DNA of 63,966 nt, the filler included, from Porpidia crustulata (Eukaryota): NCBI GenBank assembly GCA_964255105.1. It is 4 parts of 4 records of this genome, joined end to end, with 100 filler letters (N's around TTAATTAATTAA, not from the genome) between each part and the next. Parts side by side here need not be neighbours in the genome. Positions count along the whole stretch, not along the records: positions 32,578 to 48,706 come from CAXUWE010000269.1; positions 48,807 to 63,966 come from CAXUWE010000332.1; 2 more parts are not named here. One strand, 5' to 3'. A program made the position numbers and the translations under genes. Below, piece after piece: positions 36,238 through 49,282 of this stretch (position 1 is its first letter; each line of letters starts with the position of its first letter). The notes beneath the pieces were generated by a model that was not told where the DNA came from, searched no databases, and saw nothing but the letters and a program-made list of their open reading frames with translations.

Positions 36238-36711
36238 ATGGACACCACAATCCGTACTGCTCAGGTACTCGGCCTGACCTCCTCCATCCTCCTAGCCGGT
36301 ATCAACATCGGCTCTTCTTATCTCACAGTCCCAATTCTCTACACGCGCCCCACCTCCACCAGCACACCCTTCTTCAGCGAATTCTACATCCGAGGTGCTA
36401 TCACTCTTGTTCCCCTTGGCATCTTCTCGTCCTTCTGTTCGGCGACAGTTGCCTACCTCCACCCTGCCCAACGCGAGCTCTGGGCTATTGCTGCCGCGGC
36501 TATAATCGCTCAGACACCTTGGACAGTGCTCGTGATGATGGGGACGAACAATCGGCTGAATGCCATTGCTGCTAGTAAGATTGAGCAGGAGAAAATAAGT
36601 TCGGAGGAAGTCGTGGGTTTGTTAAGGCAGTGGGCGTGGATGAATGTTGTAAGAGGACTTCTGGCTTTGGTTGGGGGATTGGTCGGTCTATGGGCTGTGA
36701 TGAAGCAATAA
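36238..36711 (+). CDS. DUF1772 / anthrone-oxygenase-like small membrane protein
   Basis: Hydrophobic helices with PWT..MM.TNNRL and LL.QW..MNVVRG motifs typical of DUF1772. ATG at 36238. Confidence 0.82.
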   Translation: MDTTIRTAQVLGLTSSILLAGINIGSSYLTVPILYTRPTSTSTPFFSEFYIRGAITLVPLGIFSSFCSATVAYLHPAQRELWAIAAAAIIAQTPWTVLVMMGTNNRLNAIAASKIEQEKISSEEVVGLLRQWAWMNVVRGLLALVGGLVGLWAVMKQ

Positions 36712-36749
36712 ATATATAGGATGGGGGAGTTCACAGCTGCTTGGGGAGT

Positions 36750-36902
36750 CCTACATCTACATCACGAGGCAATCATGTATATAGGAGGGGCTTATATCTA
36801 CATAACGTGGCAATCATGTATATAGGAGGAGCCTACATCTACATAACGTGGCAATCATGTATATAGGAGGAGCCTACATCTACATAACGTGGCAATCATG
36901 TA
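36750..36902. repeat. Minisatellite, 41-bp unit x about 3.7 copies
   Basis: Consensus CCTACATCTACATAACGTGGCAATCATGTATATAGGAGGAG with units starting at 36750, 36791, 36832 and 36873 (partial). Confidence 0.95.
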
Positions 36903-37576
36903 CATAATCATTCATTTCATCCGAGGAAAGCATTCGCGAAGCGGTATTTCCTGACTCGGATCTCCGAAATGATCTCCCTCGCATAGGCACGCTCAGCTCT
37001 GCTCAGACTTCTCTACCCTCAGTTCATAGTAGAACAGCAGCGCCATAGATTGGTGGTTGGGACTGGAGGGAAAATTTATTGCATTCGATTATAGCCGTAG
37101 ACCGACATGCTCGATCGGATCAAACATGATAGATTAGCGCAGAAGACCTGAAGTGACGATCCTAACCTCGAATTAATATCTTCCATTTATAGAGACAGTC
37201 TCAAGTTGCCGGAGGAGCTGCGGATAACATGAGGAGTGCGAAGATTGAAAGAGCGTGTCTACTGCAGTGTACCGCGCAATAATCACTACCACTGAAAATC
37301 GTGAAGATTATAAGCCGCATAGACTTGCATAAGATTTATGGTATTATAGATTGGATAGATGGTTCTCACATAACGCTGTAAGCTTTGTGCATCATGGGAG
37401 AATTAGTAGAGCTATGCCAATGTAGAAGCCCAACTGACATGAGCGTCACATACGAAAGAAAGATCGCATCGAAACCATAACTCGATACTGAGACATGTTT
37501 CACCATGACGAATGGATAGAGAACCAAGGAGACCAGGACTGCAGATGCAAATGTCTAATTGTCTATATCTTCGTTG

Positions 37577-39991
37577 CTATGGTTCCTCTACATAGTCCCC
37601 GACGTGTGGATCACTGGGCGTAGCTGCTATTGAATGTTTCAATTGTGACCGCCTCAAGCGCCTATCAAGAGGATTGGCAAGCAAGTCATCGGTTTCCTTA
37701 AAGAGATCTGGTCCCCATATATCGAGCATCTCCGTGACATACTGGCCGTGGTAATGCTTGTTCAACCGCTGGGCTCGCCGATTGATCTTTCGTTTTGACG
37801 TTCCAGGACCAAACAATGCTTTCAAACGCTGCCGGCAGACCCGGGCGACGGTTCGACGGCCAACCATTACCTTGCGCTGTCTTAGCTTTAACAGCAACTG
37901 TAGTCCCCAAGTCCACGGGGGTCTGCCCATTATCTGTCGACATGCCCTGCCTTTGGTAGTACCGTTTGCTCTGTGTTGGAATCCCCATGTAGCAATAGCC
38001 TGTTGCATAGCCGTGGGAAACAAGATACGAAGAGGATGTAATGGGTGTCGCCGCGAAAGGCTCCTTGGCACAAACAACATGGGAAACCCCCGACCAGCTG
38101 CTCGATAGGCTGCATGCTTCGAGTACCAATTGGTAAGCCAAAGGGACAAAGCCTCCAACTCGTCTAAGTGTCCTGTCATTCCGAGTCGCTTCAAAATCTC
38201 TACCCATGCAACTAGAGGTACTACGCCCCCCATCTGGAGTATTTGTCGCCAGGTATTGATCACAGTGGGTAGTTCGTTAGTGCAATGAGGTCGTCTTCCA
38301 ATCTGCCGCCGTGAGACTAGGCGCATGCGAATACAGCTACTTGACCTAGGATCAACCATGAGCTGCATTTCTCGCATGGTTTCTAGGGTTCGCTGGATTT
38401 CCTTCAGGTCTCGTCGGGTTAGATGGACACGAAGCAGTAAATTCCAATGCATGGTCATTAAGAGCTCAGGCGGCGAGTCAAATGTCAGTATGGCAAGAGT
38501 TCTGTCCACCTGCCGCTGATCACCAGCCTGATGATAAGAAGCGAGCAAAGATTCCTGTAAACTTCGATCCTCATACGTATCCGGATGAAGGTCGCACGTT
38601 AGGACGCTATTTAGAAGATCGCCTTTGTCTTCCAGAGCAAGCTTGCGGACGAGAGAAGAAAAAGTGGAGTTGCCAAGGGATATTCCTGCTCCCTTTAACT
38701 GATCAATCCTACAACAAATATCCAATGATCTAGATCTCTCGCGTGAACAAATTTCCTTCAACGACATCGGTCCAATAGCATCCACACCTAAGACACGAAG
38801 GCCATTGATAATGGTGTCAATGGCAAACATCCTCGTAGCAAATAGTCGAGCGCAAAACTCGTCGCTGAATGTTTTGGGGGCAATACCATAAATTTCACCA
38901 AGCTGTCTATTCACGACCTCGCGAGAAATGAGAGGAGCGTTTGGAATGATGGTTCTTGTAATCCTTACAGATGAGACTCCAGCATCGACCAGTGCTTTGG
39001 TTGTTTCCATGAGATGCTCATGCCTGCCATATACAGCAAGGTATTGTAATAGTGGTTCGCTGACGGAGATGTGTGATGGACGATCGTGCTTTCGCAGCAT
39101 GAGATTATGCCACTTCAGCGCCATTGCATAATTTTCCCTTCTACATAGCTCTGGAATAATTGTGTCGTACATACCATATATCCCAAGATCAATATACATG
39201 GGTCTGAAGAACTGAAGAGTGGCATCGTCTCCTACAACTTCCAAAAACAGGCACTTCAGCTGCGCCAAAGAAGGAGGAAAGTCTTCACGGAGGCGTACAT
39301 GCCACTGATAGGCGTGGTGTGGCTTGTTCTTCAGATGATGGCTTATGATTGTCATATAGAGTCTTGGCCAGCTGTTCTCCATCGATGCCATGTGATTTTT
39401 GGCATAGCTTACTAGTTCTTTTAACACATTAGGATCCTCAAACCCTAGCCTGGTAAATGAAGTCCACAATTCATCTCCAGTGGCTCCATAGCATGGAAGG
39501 TGTAATTCCCTGCCCAATACCTCTTTCCATATGACTCTAAGCCCTTCTATGCCGTAGTGCCTCCGACGAAAGCGAACCAATTCCAGCCATATTGCAAAAT
39601 CAGTCTTGTACTTCAGAGTATCAACAAGACGTGGCCCGGAGCCGCTCAAAGTTGGAGTGCCCAGATCAGACTCATACTGATACTGTTCGAAAGTTACGAG
39701 GCGCTGTTCCCAGTTTTCGATCGCAAACCAATTGTCAGCCTGTCGATGGAACGTCAAGGAACGCTTGACTGAAGTCCTGGATACATTTTCACGATCAGCC
39801 CCCGACCGGGAGTCAAACGTATAGATCCTCTCAATGTTTTTGTACGATTGCTGGCGGTTGGTCTCGTCGCAATAGAATCGGCAACTGACCAGATTTCGGG
39901 GGTTGCCTGACTGACGAGGTTTTTGTTTTCCGTTGTATGAAAACCTCAAACGTATATGGCTTCTGTGGAGCTTCTGCAAACCAGATCGCAT
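37577..39991 (-). CDS. Pentatricopeptide-repeat (PPR)-like protein, probably mitochondrial
   Basis: 804-aa intronless ORF with an Arg-rich presequence-like N-terminus and PPR-like helical repeats (MYDTIIPELCRRENYAMALKWH, WNLLLRVHL, WVEILKRLGMTG). Confidence 0.75.
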   Translation of the reverse strand: MRSGLQKLHRSHIRLRFSYNGKQKPRQSGNPRNLVSCRFYCDETNRQQSYKNIERIYTFDSRSGADRENVSRTSVKRSLTFHRQADNWFAIENWEQRLVTFEQYQYESDLGTPTLSGSGPRLVDTLKYKTDFAIWLELVRFRRRHYGIEGLRVIWKEVLGRELHLPCYGATGDELWTSFTRLGFEDPNVLKELVSYAKNHMASMENSWPRLYMTIISHHLKNKPHHAYQWHVRLREDFPPSLAQLKCLFLEVVGDDATLQFFRPMYIDLGIYGMYDTIIPELCRRENYAMALKWHNLMLRKHDRPSHISVSEPLLQYLAVYGRHEHLMETTKALVDAGVSSVRITRTIIPNAPLISREVVNRQLGEIYGIAPKTFSDEFCARLFATRMFAIDTIINGLRVLGVDAIGPMSLKEICSRERSRSLDICCRIDQLKGAGISLGNSTFSSLVRKLALEDKGDLLNSVLTCDLHPDTYEDRSLQESLLASYHQAGDQRQVDRTLAILTFDSPPELLMTMHWNLLLRVHLTRRDLKEIQRTLETMREMQLMVDPRSSSCIRMRLVSRRQIGRRPHCTNELPTVINTWRQILQMGGVVPLVAWVEILKRLGMTGHLDELEALSLWLTNWYSKHAAYRAAGRGFPMLFVPRSLSRRHPLHPLRILFPTAMQQAIATWGFQHRANGTTKGRACRQIMGRPPWTWGLQLLLKLRQRKVMVGRRTVARVCRQRLKALFGPGTSKRKINRRAQRLNKHYHGQYVTEMLDIWGPDLFKETDDLLANPLDRRLRRSQLKHSIAATPSDPHVGDYVEEP

Positions 39992-40184
39992 ACAGACTGT
40001 ATCAGATTATGGCGCCGGCAATGCGCAATGTGGTTGATAGAAAACCGAAAGTCCTCAGGGTTGAATATACTAAAAAGCTGACTAAGTCCCATCTTCTTAA
40101 CTAGTGTTCCACCAACTACGTTTACTTCCCACTGTCAACTTTCTATCCTCTGATCAGAAGGCAATTGCTATTATACTGCCAAAG

Positions 40185-40780
40185 ATGCCAAGGTATGTCT
40201 TTGGTAATTCTTCTAGAGCATGATATCTCTCGCCCTAGCTCCTGAGCGAATGACTAGCATTCTAGCTCTGTATTCCTGCATATCTTAATTCGTTGGCATG
40301 GGCTAATAGGCTGAGATTCTTTGCAGCTGGCCTCTATACCGTGAGAATCGCGTACCCCATTACCAGAGGCTTTACCAGAAGAATGACGGTGTGAGGCAAT
40401 GGAATAAGGTCAGTGCTGGACTTTCCCATGCACCTACCTGCAAGAGCTCTCGAGACAATGTTCATAGAGTTGCCGCGATGTATGATTACTGATAGGCTAT
40501 TGCATAGACACCCCGAAGCAAGTTTATGCTATATCCTTACTACGTTATATTGTGGGGGACCTTTGGAGGTATTTATTGTTAATCCCACGATGGTCTCATT
40601 CCACCGCTGATATTATCTCTAGCGACTATGTTTGCCATGGGGCGCCTTGTATTGGTATGGCTCATATTTTTCTATACCTCGGATCAGACTTTTCATGCTG
40701 CATTAAGCAAGAGAGCACTTGCAGTACGCGTAGGCTTACAACATGGCCAGGGTCACAAGACGTGGTTTGGAAAGGACTAG
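40185..40780 (+). CDS. COX7: Cytochrome c oxidase subunit VII (Cox7), 5 exons, 70 aa; absent from the ORF track
   Basis: Exons 40185-40192, 40327-40408, 40508-40568, 40623-40654 and 40751-40780, all GT-AG. Product MPSWPLYRENRVPHYQRLYQKNDGVRQWNKTPRSKFMLYPYYVILWGTFGATMFAMGRLVLGHKTWFGKD*. Confidence 0.9.
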
Positions 40781-41369
40781 GCACTACGAGCGGTCAAGTA
40801 AACAGGAATATGAGCGATTTCTTGCCCTGACTGCGGCGGAATAGGCAAGTGAATGTGGTTCATTGTGACCGCGCAAAGTCGATTACTGTAGCAATCTTCC
40901 CAGAGCTCTGTGGTTAGTATTTGACGTTTCGCTCTGCTGAATCTAAGTCTCGTATGTGACTATAAGGACTAGTAGACCTGTCTTGTACTTCGCTCCCCGT
41001 TCACGTTTTTCGGCTCCACTGCGTAAATTGGTTGAAAAATGATGCTCCAAATTCTCCTTGAACGCTACTGGCAAAGTTGTCTCTACTTTTTGAGCAGATA
41101 AGAACATGGCTCCCACGAGTGCGTTTTTGTTATGCCTTCCCACGTACGTTTTTTCCAATTGATGGACTTGTCCATACGAAACTCATCCGTCTCGAGCCCG
41201 ATGCATTCCACTCAATTTAGACCGTCTTAGCAATAAAGGGTAAAGGCAATCATTGCTTATGAGATGCCTCAGGATATCTGCATTTAACAAACCTTATTAG
41301 CGGGTCCTATAAATCAACGCATTGCTTTGATTGGCCATTGTTAGATGAAGCCTACGAACCGTTTTTTGT

Positions 41370-42036
41370 TTATGTCGCTGACGGGCCACCTCTCGACTCG
41401 TCTGATTCGTTTCTTGCTTTTCGTTCTTTATTCTCTGCCTCTAATACTGCTGCTGCAAAGTCCTTCTGGCCAAACACAATTTCAAGTTTTCCGAGAGCCG
41501 TTATAAAGTTGTCTCCGAGGCTCACAGTCTTTAACTCGGGTGGCTCATCCAGCTCTTCCAATTCATCATTGGTCCAATTGTTGACATGCATGCCTCTCAC
41601 ACGGTCGTAATAGCTGTCCTGCTCAACCTTTACTATGCTTTGCGTGATATCTGTCTTGGGTATCACACGTGTCACATCGTACATGTTGACGATTGCGCCA
41701 CTGTGGGGGTTCTCAATGTAGCCATGCACTGTGAGGTGTGTTTTCTCTCTTTTCATCTTCTCGTCTTTGAGATCGATGGTGTAGTGCCATGCATCCTTGA
41801 TCATTTTACCAGTGGGGGTCCCATATGTATTTGGATGAACATCCGATCTATAGGATGTTAACCAAGTATTCGACCCATAGAGAAAAGGGATGATCAACGA
41901 GCCTAATGAGAATCCAGATGGCATTGGGGTTTTGCTTGAGCGCTGTCCGTTTCGCCGCGTACAGAATGCCCATACGCATGATACGATCTTCTGTCTTCAA
42001 CACCGCTGGAGTAACGAGGAACTTCATGCTAGTCAT
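41370..42036 (-). CDS. Hypothetical protein, 2 exons (possible GC-AG intron)
   Basis: ORFs 41848-42036 and 41370-41924 join through an acceptor at 41848 (GTTAAC...TAG). The donor is either GC at 41902 or GTACGC further upstream. Protein-like composition, no family recognised. Confidence 0.5.
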
Positions 42037-42668
42037 GGTGCTGTGCTTGGCTTTTGCCCCATCAACAATTCAAATGTGTTTAACGAACATTCATTTCCCA
42101 TCAAAGGAGGTGATGAACCTTGTATGGAAACATATTGTGATTCAATTCCCTCGAACACAAGCAATGCCTAGTCAAACCATTCACTTTGCATTCATCACAT
42201 ATTCCTACGAGCTGACACTACTCTGACACCAGTTCGGACTTTCTTGAGTGAGCGATGAAGTTAGGAAAGGCAGGATTGAACCAGACCACCAACTTCAGTG
42301 GTTTATCACACGAGCATAGCAACGAATCATCATTTGATTCACATTAGGAATGTTAGCTGAATGAGATTGCCAAAACGCATGGCAAACAAGACGAGATTGA
42401 TCTGTGAGAATATATGTCAATTGAAATGAATAATTCTATAAAACGAAACGAAAGCACATAATGAATGTTCACACATTGTATCTAATATTCACACCTAGTA
42501 TCCGCGTATTGAAGACAGTACACGTTACCAAATTTGGTGCCTACTTATCATTCCTAACAGTAGCCACTTCATCTCCATTTCAAGTCATTTCACTCTATGT
42601 TCTCACGAACACCTTCCGTTTGTTAGAAACCGAGCGCTGCCTCTCTACTGGCCTTACTTAAGACCTTT

Positions 42669-44101
42669 ATGGTTGGGCTCAATTCCTCCTTAAAACGCCT
42701 CCGAGCTCTTCCAAATCTCGTACGTCGACCTATCTTTCGAGGTATGCAAATAGATTCGGCGTCGTACAAAGGTTTAGCCTCAACCTATCACGCGCACTGG
42801 CCAGAAGATAGAGTTGAAAACGTTGAGATGTACTGTGAAGGTGGTTATCACCCCGTCCAGTTGGGCGATGAATTCTCTTCTGGGCGATATTCGGTCATTC
42901 ATAAATTAGGGCATGGCAGCTATTCGACGGTTTGGCTCGCCAGAGATCACATTGCAGACCGATATGTTTCCTTGAAATTCGTCATTGCAGCCGCCTCAGA
43001 ATCGAGTTCAGAGGCTAAGATTGGCCATCATTTGCGTGTGTGTGACCCAAATCATCCCGGGCGCCAAAACGTCCTATCCCTCTTGGATGATTTTTTGATT
43101 GACGGTCCCAATGGTCGGCATCAATGTTTAGTCAGTGAGGTCGTTGGCTCTAGTATCATTCAGGCAAAATCGATCTCGCATAACGGCATGCTGTCAATCA
43201 AGAGCGCGAAGAAAATCACCGCACAGTTGATCTTGGGATTAGCCTACATTCACTCGTGTGGCATTTTGCATGGAGGTAAGTTTTAAGCCTCTCGAATCAT
43301 CTGTAACTACATGATTGATCTGCGGCTTGTTTGGTTGCTAACAGAGCAGATCTTCACATCAAAAACTTCAGGTTTGCTCTCCCTCTTCAAGATTCTTGGA
43401 CTATCGAACAAGTCTATGATGGCTTTTATCCACCCATCAAACATCCGAACTCACGACTGGACGGGCTGCCCATTGGTGCAGAGATACCCCCTTACTCTGT
43501 TTCCCCAGGGTACTTCTGGACCCCTGGTGAAGAAGGCATCAATAAGCAGCTAAAGATTATCGATTTCGGCGAGGCGTCCTTTATAGACGAGAAACGACTT
43601 GAGATTCACACGCCGATGAATCTACGATCCCCAGAATCATTCTTTGGGGAAAACCTCGGACTTCCAGCTGACATGTGGGTCATAGCATGTACTATATTTG
43701 AGATCTTTGGCAAATATCCTATGTTTGAGGGCTATTTGGCCGACCAAAATAGCATCCTCTCAGAAATGGTGGACACTTTCGGGAAGCTTCCGAGTCGATG
43801 GTGGACCAAGTGGGAGTACAGAGATCGATACTTTAGCGACGACATGCTCCCAACTAGACTGACTAGGAAAATGTTTCCTCGAGGACCAAAATGGCTTCGA
43901 GACCGCGTGGCGCAGATAAGACTCGTCAAAGGAAAAAAATCAGAAGAAAGTCTTGAAAATTTGAAAACAAGTGACTCGGCTGGCTTAGAAAAGCTGTTGG
44001 CGTCCTTCCTAGAGTATGAACCATCAGAGCGGGCAACGGCTGAGGAGAGCCTCAAGTCGGAATGGGTAGGACAGCTACTTCAGGAATTGGAAATGCGATG
44101 A
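42669..44101 (+). CDS. SRPK-like (CMGC) Ser/Thr protein kinase, 2 exons
   Basis: YCEGGYHPV.LGD, KLGHGSYSTVWLARD, GPNGRHQCLV, HGDLHIKN across intron 43276-43349, IIDFGEA, LRSPE and ADMW. Confidence 0.92.
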
Positions 44102-45040
44102 CCATATCTAGTGTCGCTACGATGAGCAAACTTCTCTATGGGCAATAGGCTCCGATCCGGGATAGCGGTCTATCATAGTCTCAGGAGTAGACGGGACTGC
44201 AAACCGAGTTTGTCCTGTAATAAAATGGCAGCGCTATAGGCTTGACTCATCAGACGCCTCGTGCTCTTCAGCTCCCGGCTGAACTTGTGCTAAATCTAAA
44301 GCCAATAGTCACTGATGTGCTGTAATCTGCATCGATCCCGAGGTCTGTTATTGTCCAAAGTGTACCCTACATCATCTAAGTAACTCTTTTATATTAAAAA
44401 TGTTCACTGTTTGAGGAGCGCAAAACATCGCTCGCTTGACCTGATACGTCAGACCTTCCATACACCCTGAGTTGCAGTTGTATTCCAGAGCATCCGCGTC
44501 TGAATCCCAGTGAAATACTCGTGATAGCCTGACAAAGGCAGAACCCATACCGACACAGTGCTCGACCGCATTCAGGGCCAGCTCGGCCACCTGCTTACTT
44601 GAATGGCTGGGCAGATTGTGCCTTTGAACTGGGATAATTACTTCCATTGGATCGATGAAACCGTTATTGCAAAAGTACCTACCTTTATAGTACTTTAAAT
44701 GACCATGTTCATAGTCTAAAACCTATGAAGTAGCAGTGGGAAGTTCATCACGTGAAAAGAAGAATGAAAAGCTCAACATCAGAAATTCTGTGAGTATCGA
44801 AAGTTTCGGGTTTCTAGTAGGACTGAGAGGAGAGAATCATGGGCCGTGGTTGCTATGCAACCAAAGTGGATTACAATGCCAGCGAGGAGCGTATCTCTAT
44901 GATAATAAATTACACAAGCGGAAATCTATTTACAACCCCAGATCTCAGACTATTCGGAGCCTTGTCTCGCTGATATCACAATACTTGGAATTGCGCTTCT
45001 TCGATACAGCTCATCCTTTGTCGTGGTGAGATCTGCCAGT

Positions 45041-46526
45041 ATGGGAGACTACCTGAAAGGCCTCTTTGGGGCTCAGAAGCCTCTTGCTTCTCCAGTACCA
45101 GCCTCAGACGATGCGGGTAAGTCCCATTTACCAAACGGTCTCAGGACTGGCCTGACTTTGCTTCGCAGACTTCGCCGACTTTGCTGGTGCGCCAGATCCG
45201 ACGCCAGCCTCCGTGTTACCGACCCTCGCTCAAACCTCAGGTGCACAAGCGGCCGAGCCGACATCGTTTGGATCAGGTATCGCCTATACGAAATGGTACA
45301 GAGTCTGGGAGCGAGCGTCTCCTCGAGACTTTTATCAGGAGGCAATTATCCTCCCCTTAATACTCGTCGTATTTGCATTTCTTTACTGGGGTCGTCGTAA
45401 GAATAGGAGCAAGGCGAAGGACTGGATGAAAGCGAATGGGCCTGCATTAGAAAAGGAATATGCACTTGTTGGGTTTGGAAGAAAACCAGCGCTTTCCGCC
45501 GATGGTGAACGGACTTCAGCTTTGACAGGGGCATTAGAATCCGGAGCTTTTCCGCAAACTTTGCTCAAGGAGAAGACGGCGCAGGAGTTTGTCACTTATG
45601 CCACCGGACGGCAGAATGTCGCCTTTATTGATATCAAACTCACGCTCTACAAGCGATACAACCCTGCGACTTTCCTGGTGGAATGGGCTATGAGTTTCTT
45701 TCTAGATAGCATACGTGCGCCAACGGAGAGGATGGAAGCAACTGCCTACGGATTCGACGGGAAAGAGAGGGAACTACTACCCAAGGTTAAGGGTCAAGAG
45801 CAGGAACTCAAAGTCCCTCAATCCTCTTATGATAACTTCGTTTGGGCCGTTGTCCATAAGGAAGCGATGCGGAACCTGCGTGACGACCGCTACGATATCT
45901 CTCTAACCAGTACCAAAGATCACGCAAAATTGCCCGTGTGGGCTACTACCATGAGCGAAAGTGCAGAGATCACAGACTTTCTCCTCACCCCTGAGCTCAT
46001 TAAAACTATCGAGACCGCTGGCGACGCCTTCGAATACCTCGTCATTACGGACCAACCTCTCGACAGGCCTCAAAAGTAAGTCTTTCAGGCGATCCACTTC
46101 CGTCATAGACGCATCAATGTCTACTCCTAACCCTTATACTCTAGACTTAACGAAACGACCCCTCGCAAACGCCTCACCCTCTCTGTCCGTCTCCCCAGCT
46201 CTAGCTCACCCACTGCATACAACTCTACCAACCCCATATTTGCTTATTTTCTTCGTCTTCCCGATTCCCTCACCTCCTCAGCTCACTTCCGCCCCGAGGT
46301 CCAGCGCAAGATACGAGCCACCCGTGAAGCCGAAATGTCAAAGCTAAAGCGCGTAGATGAGGAGGAGAAGGCGGAGGAGAGAAAGGCAGAGGTCGATAAG
46401 AAGAAAAAAGAGATGAGGGATTCAAGACTCAAGGGCATGAGCGCGGAGGAGCAGAGGAAGTTCCTGGACAGGGAGAGAGAGAAGGGGACTAGGAAGCAGG
46501 AGAGGAAGATGAGTCGAAAGGCTTGA
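45041..46526 (+). CDS. DUF1682 / CCDC47 (PAT complex subunit) ER membrane protein, 3 exons
   Basis: Introns 45117-45168 and 46076-46144. Single TM helix, YATGRQNV, FVWAVV.K..M..LR.DRYD.S, MSESAEIT, and a C-terminal charged coil with MSAEEQRKFL. Confidence 0.88.
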
Positions 46527-47200
46527 CCTTGCCTGTGGAAGATTTGAGCCAGAACCGGAGACCTGTGTAGTAAAAAAGATGCGCTTGGATCGTAGACGCT
46601 GCATCAGGTAAGTAGGTTGATCTTGGTCGAATGCTTTCAGAGTATGTGTAGACACTTGATGACGGAATTATCATGCTTCATCCTCCCTCTAATACAAAGC
46701 TTCTTTGCCATTTATGTACCGATAAATTCTATATACGACGTGACTCGAAACGCTAAACCTTCTGCTGATCTCTGGAAGGAACAAAAAAGCACGCGAGCAG
46801 CAGTGGGTTACGTGGTTGTTGCCCAGGCCGACTGGAGTGCCAGAGGTTTACGGAGTACTCTAACGGACTTAAAAGGCGGAATGCAGCCCGCTAAAAATAA
46901 GGTCCAATCCTATCTACCTCAAGCTACCTCGCCGACGATACCTTAACAATCATGATACTCTTGGTTTAACAACAGGTCCACTCGACGTCAACCAGAACCC
47001 TCAAATTGCTCCTGAGTATCTCAGTAGTCTGTCTAAATCCAGCTGACCACTTTCATGCATCACATGACACGAATTCCTCAAGCCGTCAATAAGTCCATCG
47101 ACATATGGCCACAGCAGTCGATCACGAGACAAAGAGCACTGCCAAAATCCAAGCCAGAGCGTCTATGGTGGAAATTCCTTGCCACTACTTCATTCGATGA

Positions 47201-48706
<1,506 letters not shown>

Positions 48707-48806
48707 NNNNNNNNNNNNNNNNNNNNNNNNNNNNNNNNNNNNNNNNNNNNTTAATTAATTAANNNNNNNNNNNNNNNNNNNNNNNNNNNNNNNNNNNNNN
48801 NNNNNN
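48707..48806. other. Artificial contig spacer
   Basis: 44 N + TTAATTAATTAA + 44 N. Confidence 0.98.
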
Positions 48807-48820
48807 CCTCCCCCCCAAAG

Positions 48821-49282
48821 GAAATCCTCACCCGCCACAAACCCCTCATATCCCACTACCTCACCGCCAACTTCCCACTCTTCTTCGCCCGCTACAACGC
48901 CACCCTCGTCCAATCCGCCTCCTACGTCACCAAACGCCAATCCATCAAGCTCCTCGGCGAACTCCTCCTCGACCGCGCCAACTACAACGTCATGACCGCC
49001 TACGTCGACCACCCCGACCACCTCAAGCTCACCATGATCCTGCTCAAGGACGACCGCAAAATGGTCCAGTACGAAGGCTTCCACGTCTTCAAGGTCTTCG
49101 TCGCCAACCCGCACAAGAGCCCCGCCGTCCGCCGGATCCTGGCCAATAACCGCGACCGCCTGCTGGCGTTTTTGCCGAGGTTTTTGGAGGATCGGACGGA
49201 TGATGAGCAGTTTACGGACGAGAAGAGTTTTTTGATCCGGCAGATTGAGATGATGCCGCCGGCGGCGTCGGCGACGACGTGA
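48821..49282 (+). CDS. hymA: Mo25/HymA scaffold protein, last exon only (5'-truncated)
   Basis: After an acceptor AAAG at 48820: EILTRHK...SYVTKRQSIKLLGELLLDRANYNVM...QYEGFHVFKVFVANP...DDEQFTDEK. Confidence 0.93.
   Translation, partial: EILTRHKPLISHYLTANFPLFFARYNATLVQSASYVTKRQSIKLLGELLLDRANYNVMTAYVDHPDHLKLTMILLKDDRKMVQYEGFHVFKVFVANPHKSPAVRRILANNRDRLLAFLPRFLEDRTDDEQFTDEKSFLIRQIEMMPPAASATT

Noticed and set aside
36750..36902. CRISPR-like array
   Set aside because: Units are contiguous with no unique spacers, there are no cas genes, and the context is eukaryotic.
42260..42320. GGTTCAATCC B-box / tRNA T-loop-like motif on the minus strand
   Set aside because: The flanks do not form a T-stem or cloverleaf.
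44372..44647. 91-aa minus-strand ORF between the kinase and CCDC47
   Set aside because: No family motif or supporting gene structure; may be a relic but cannot be supported.
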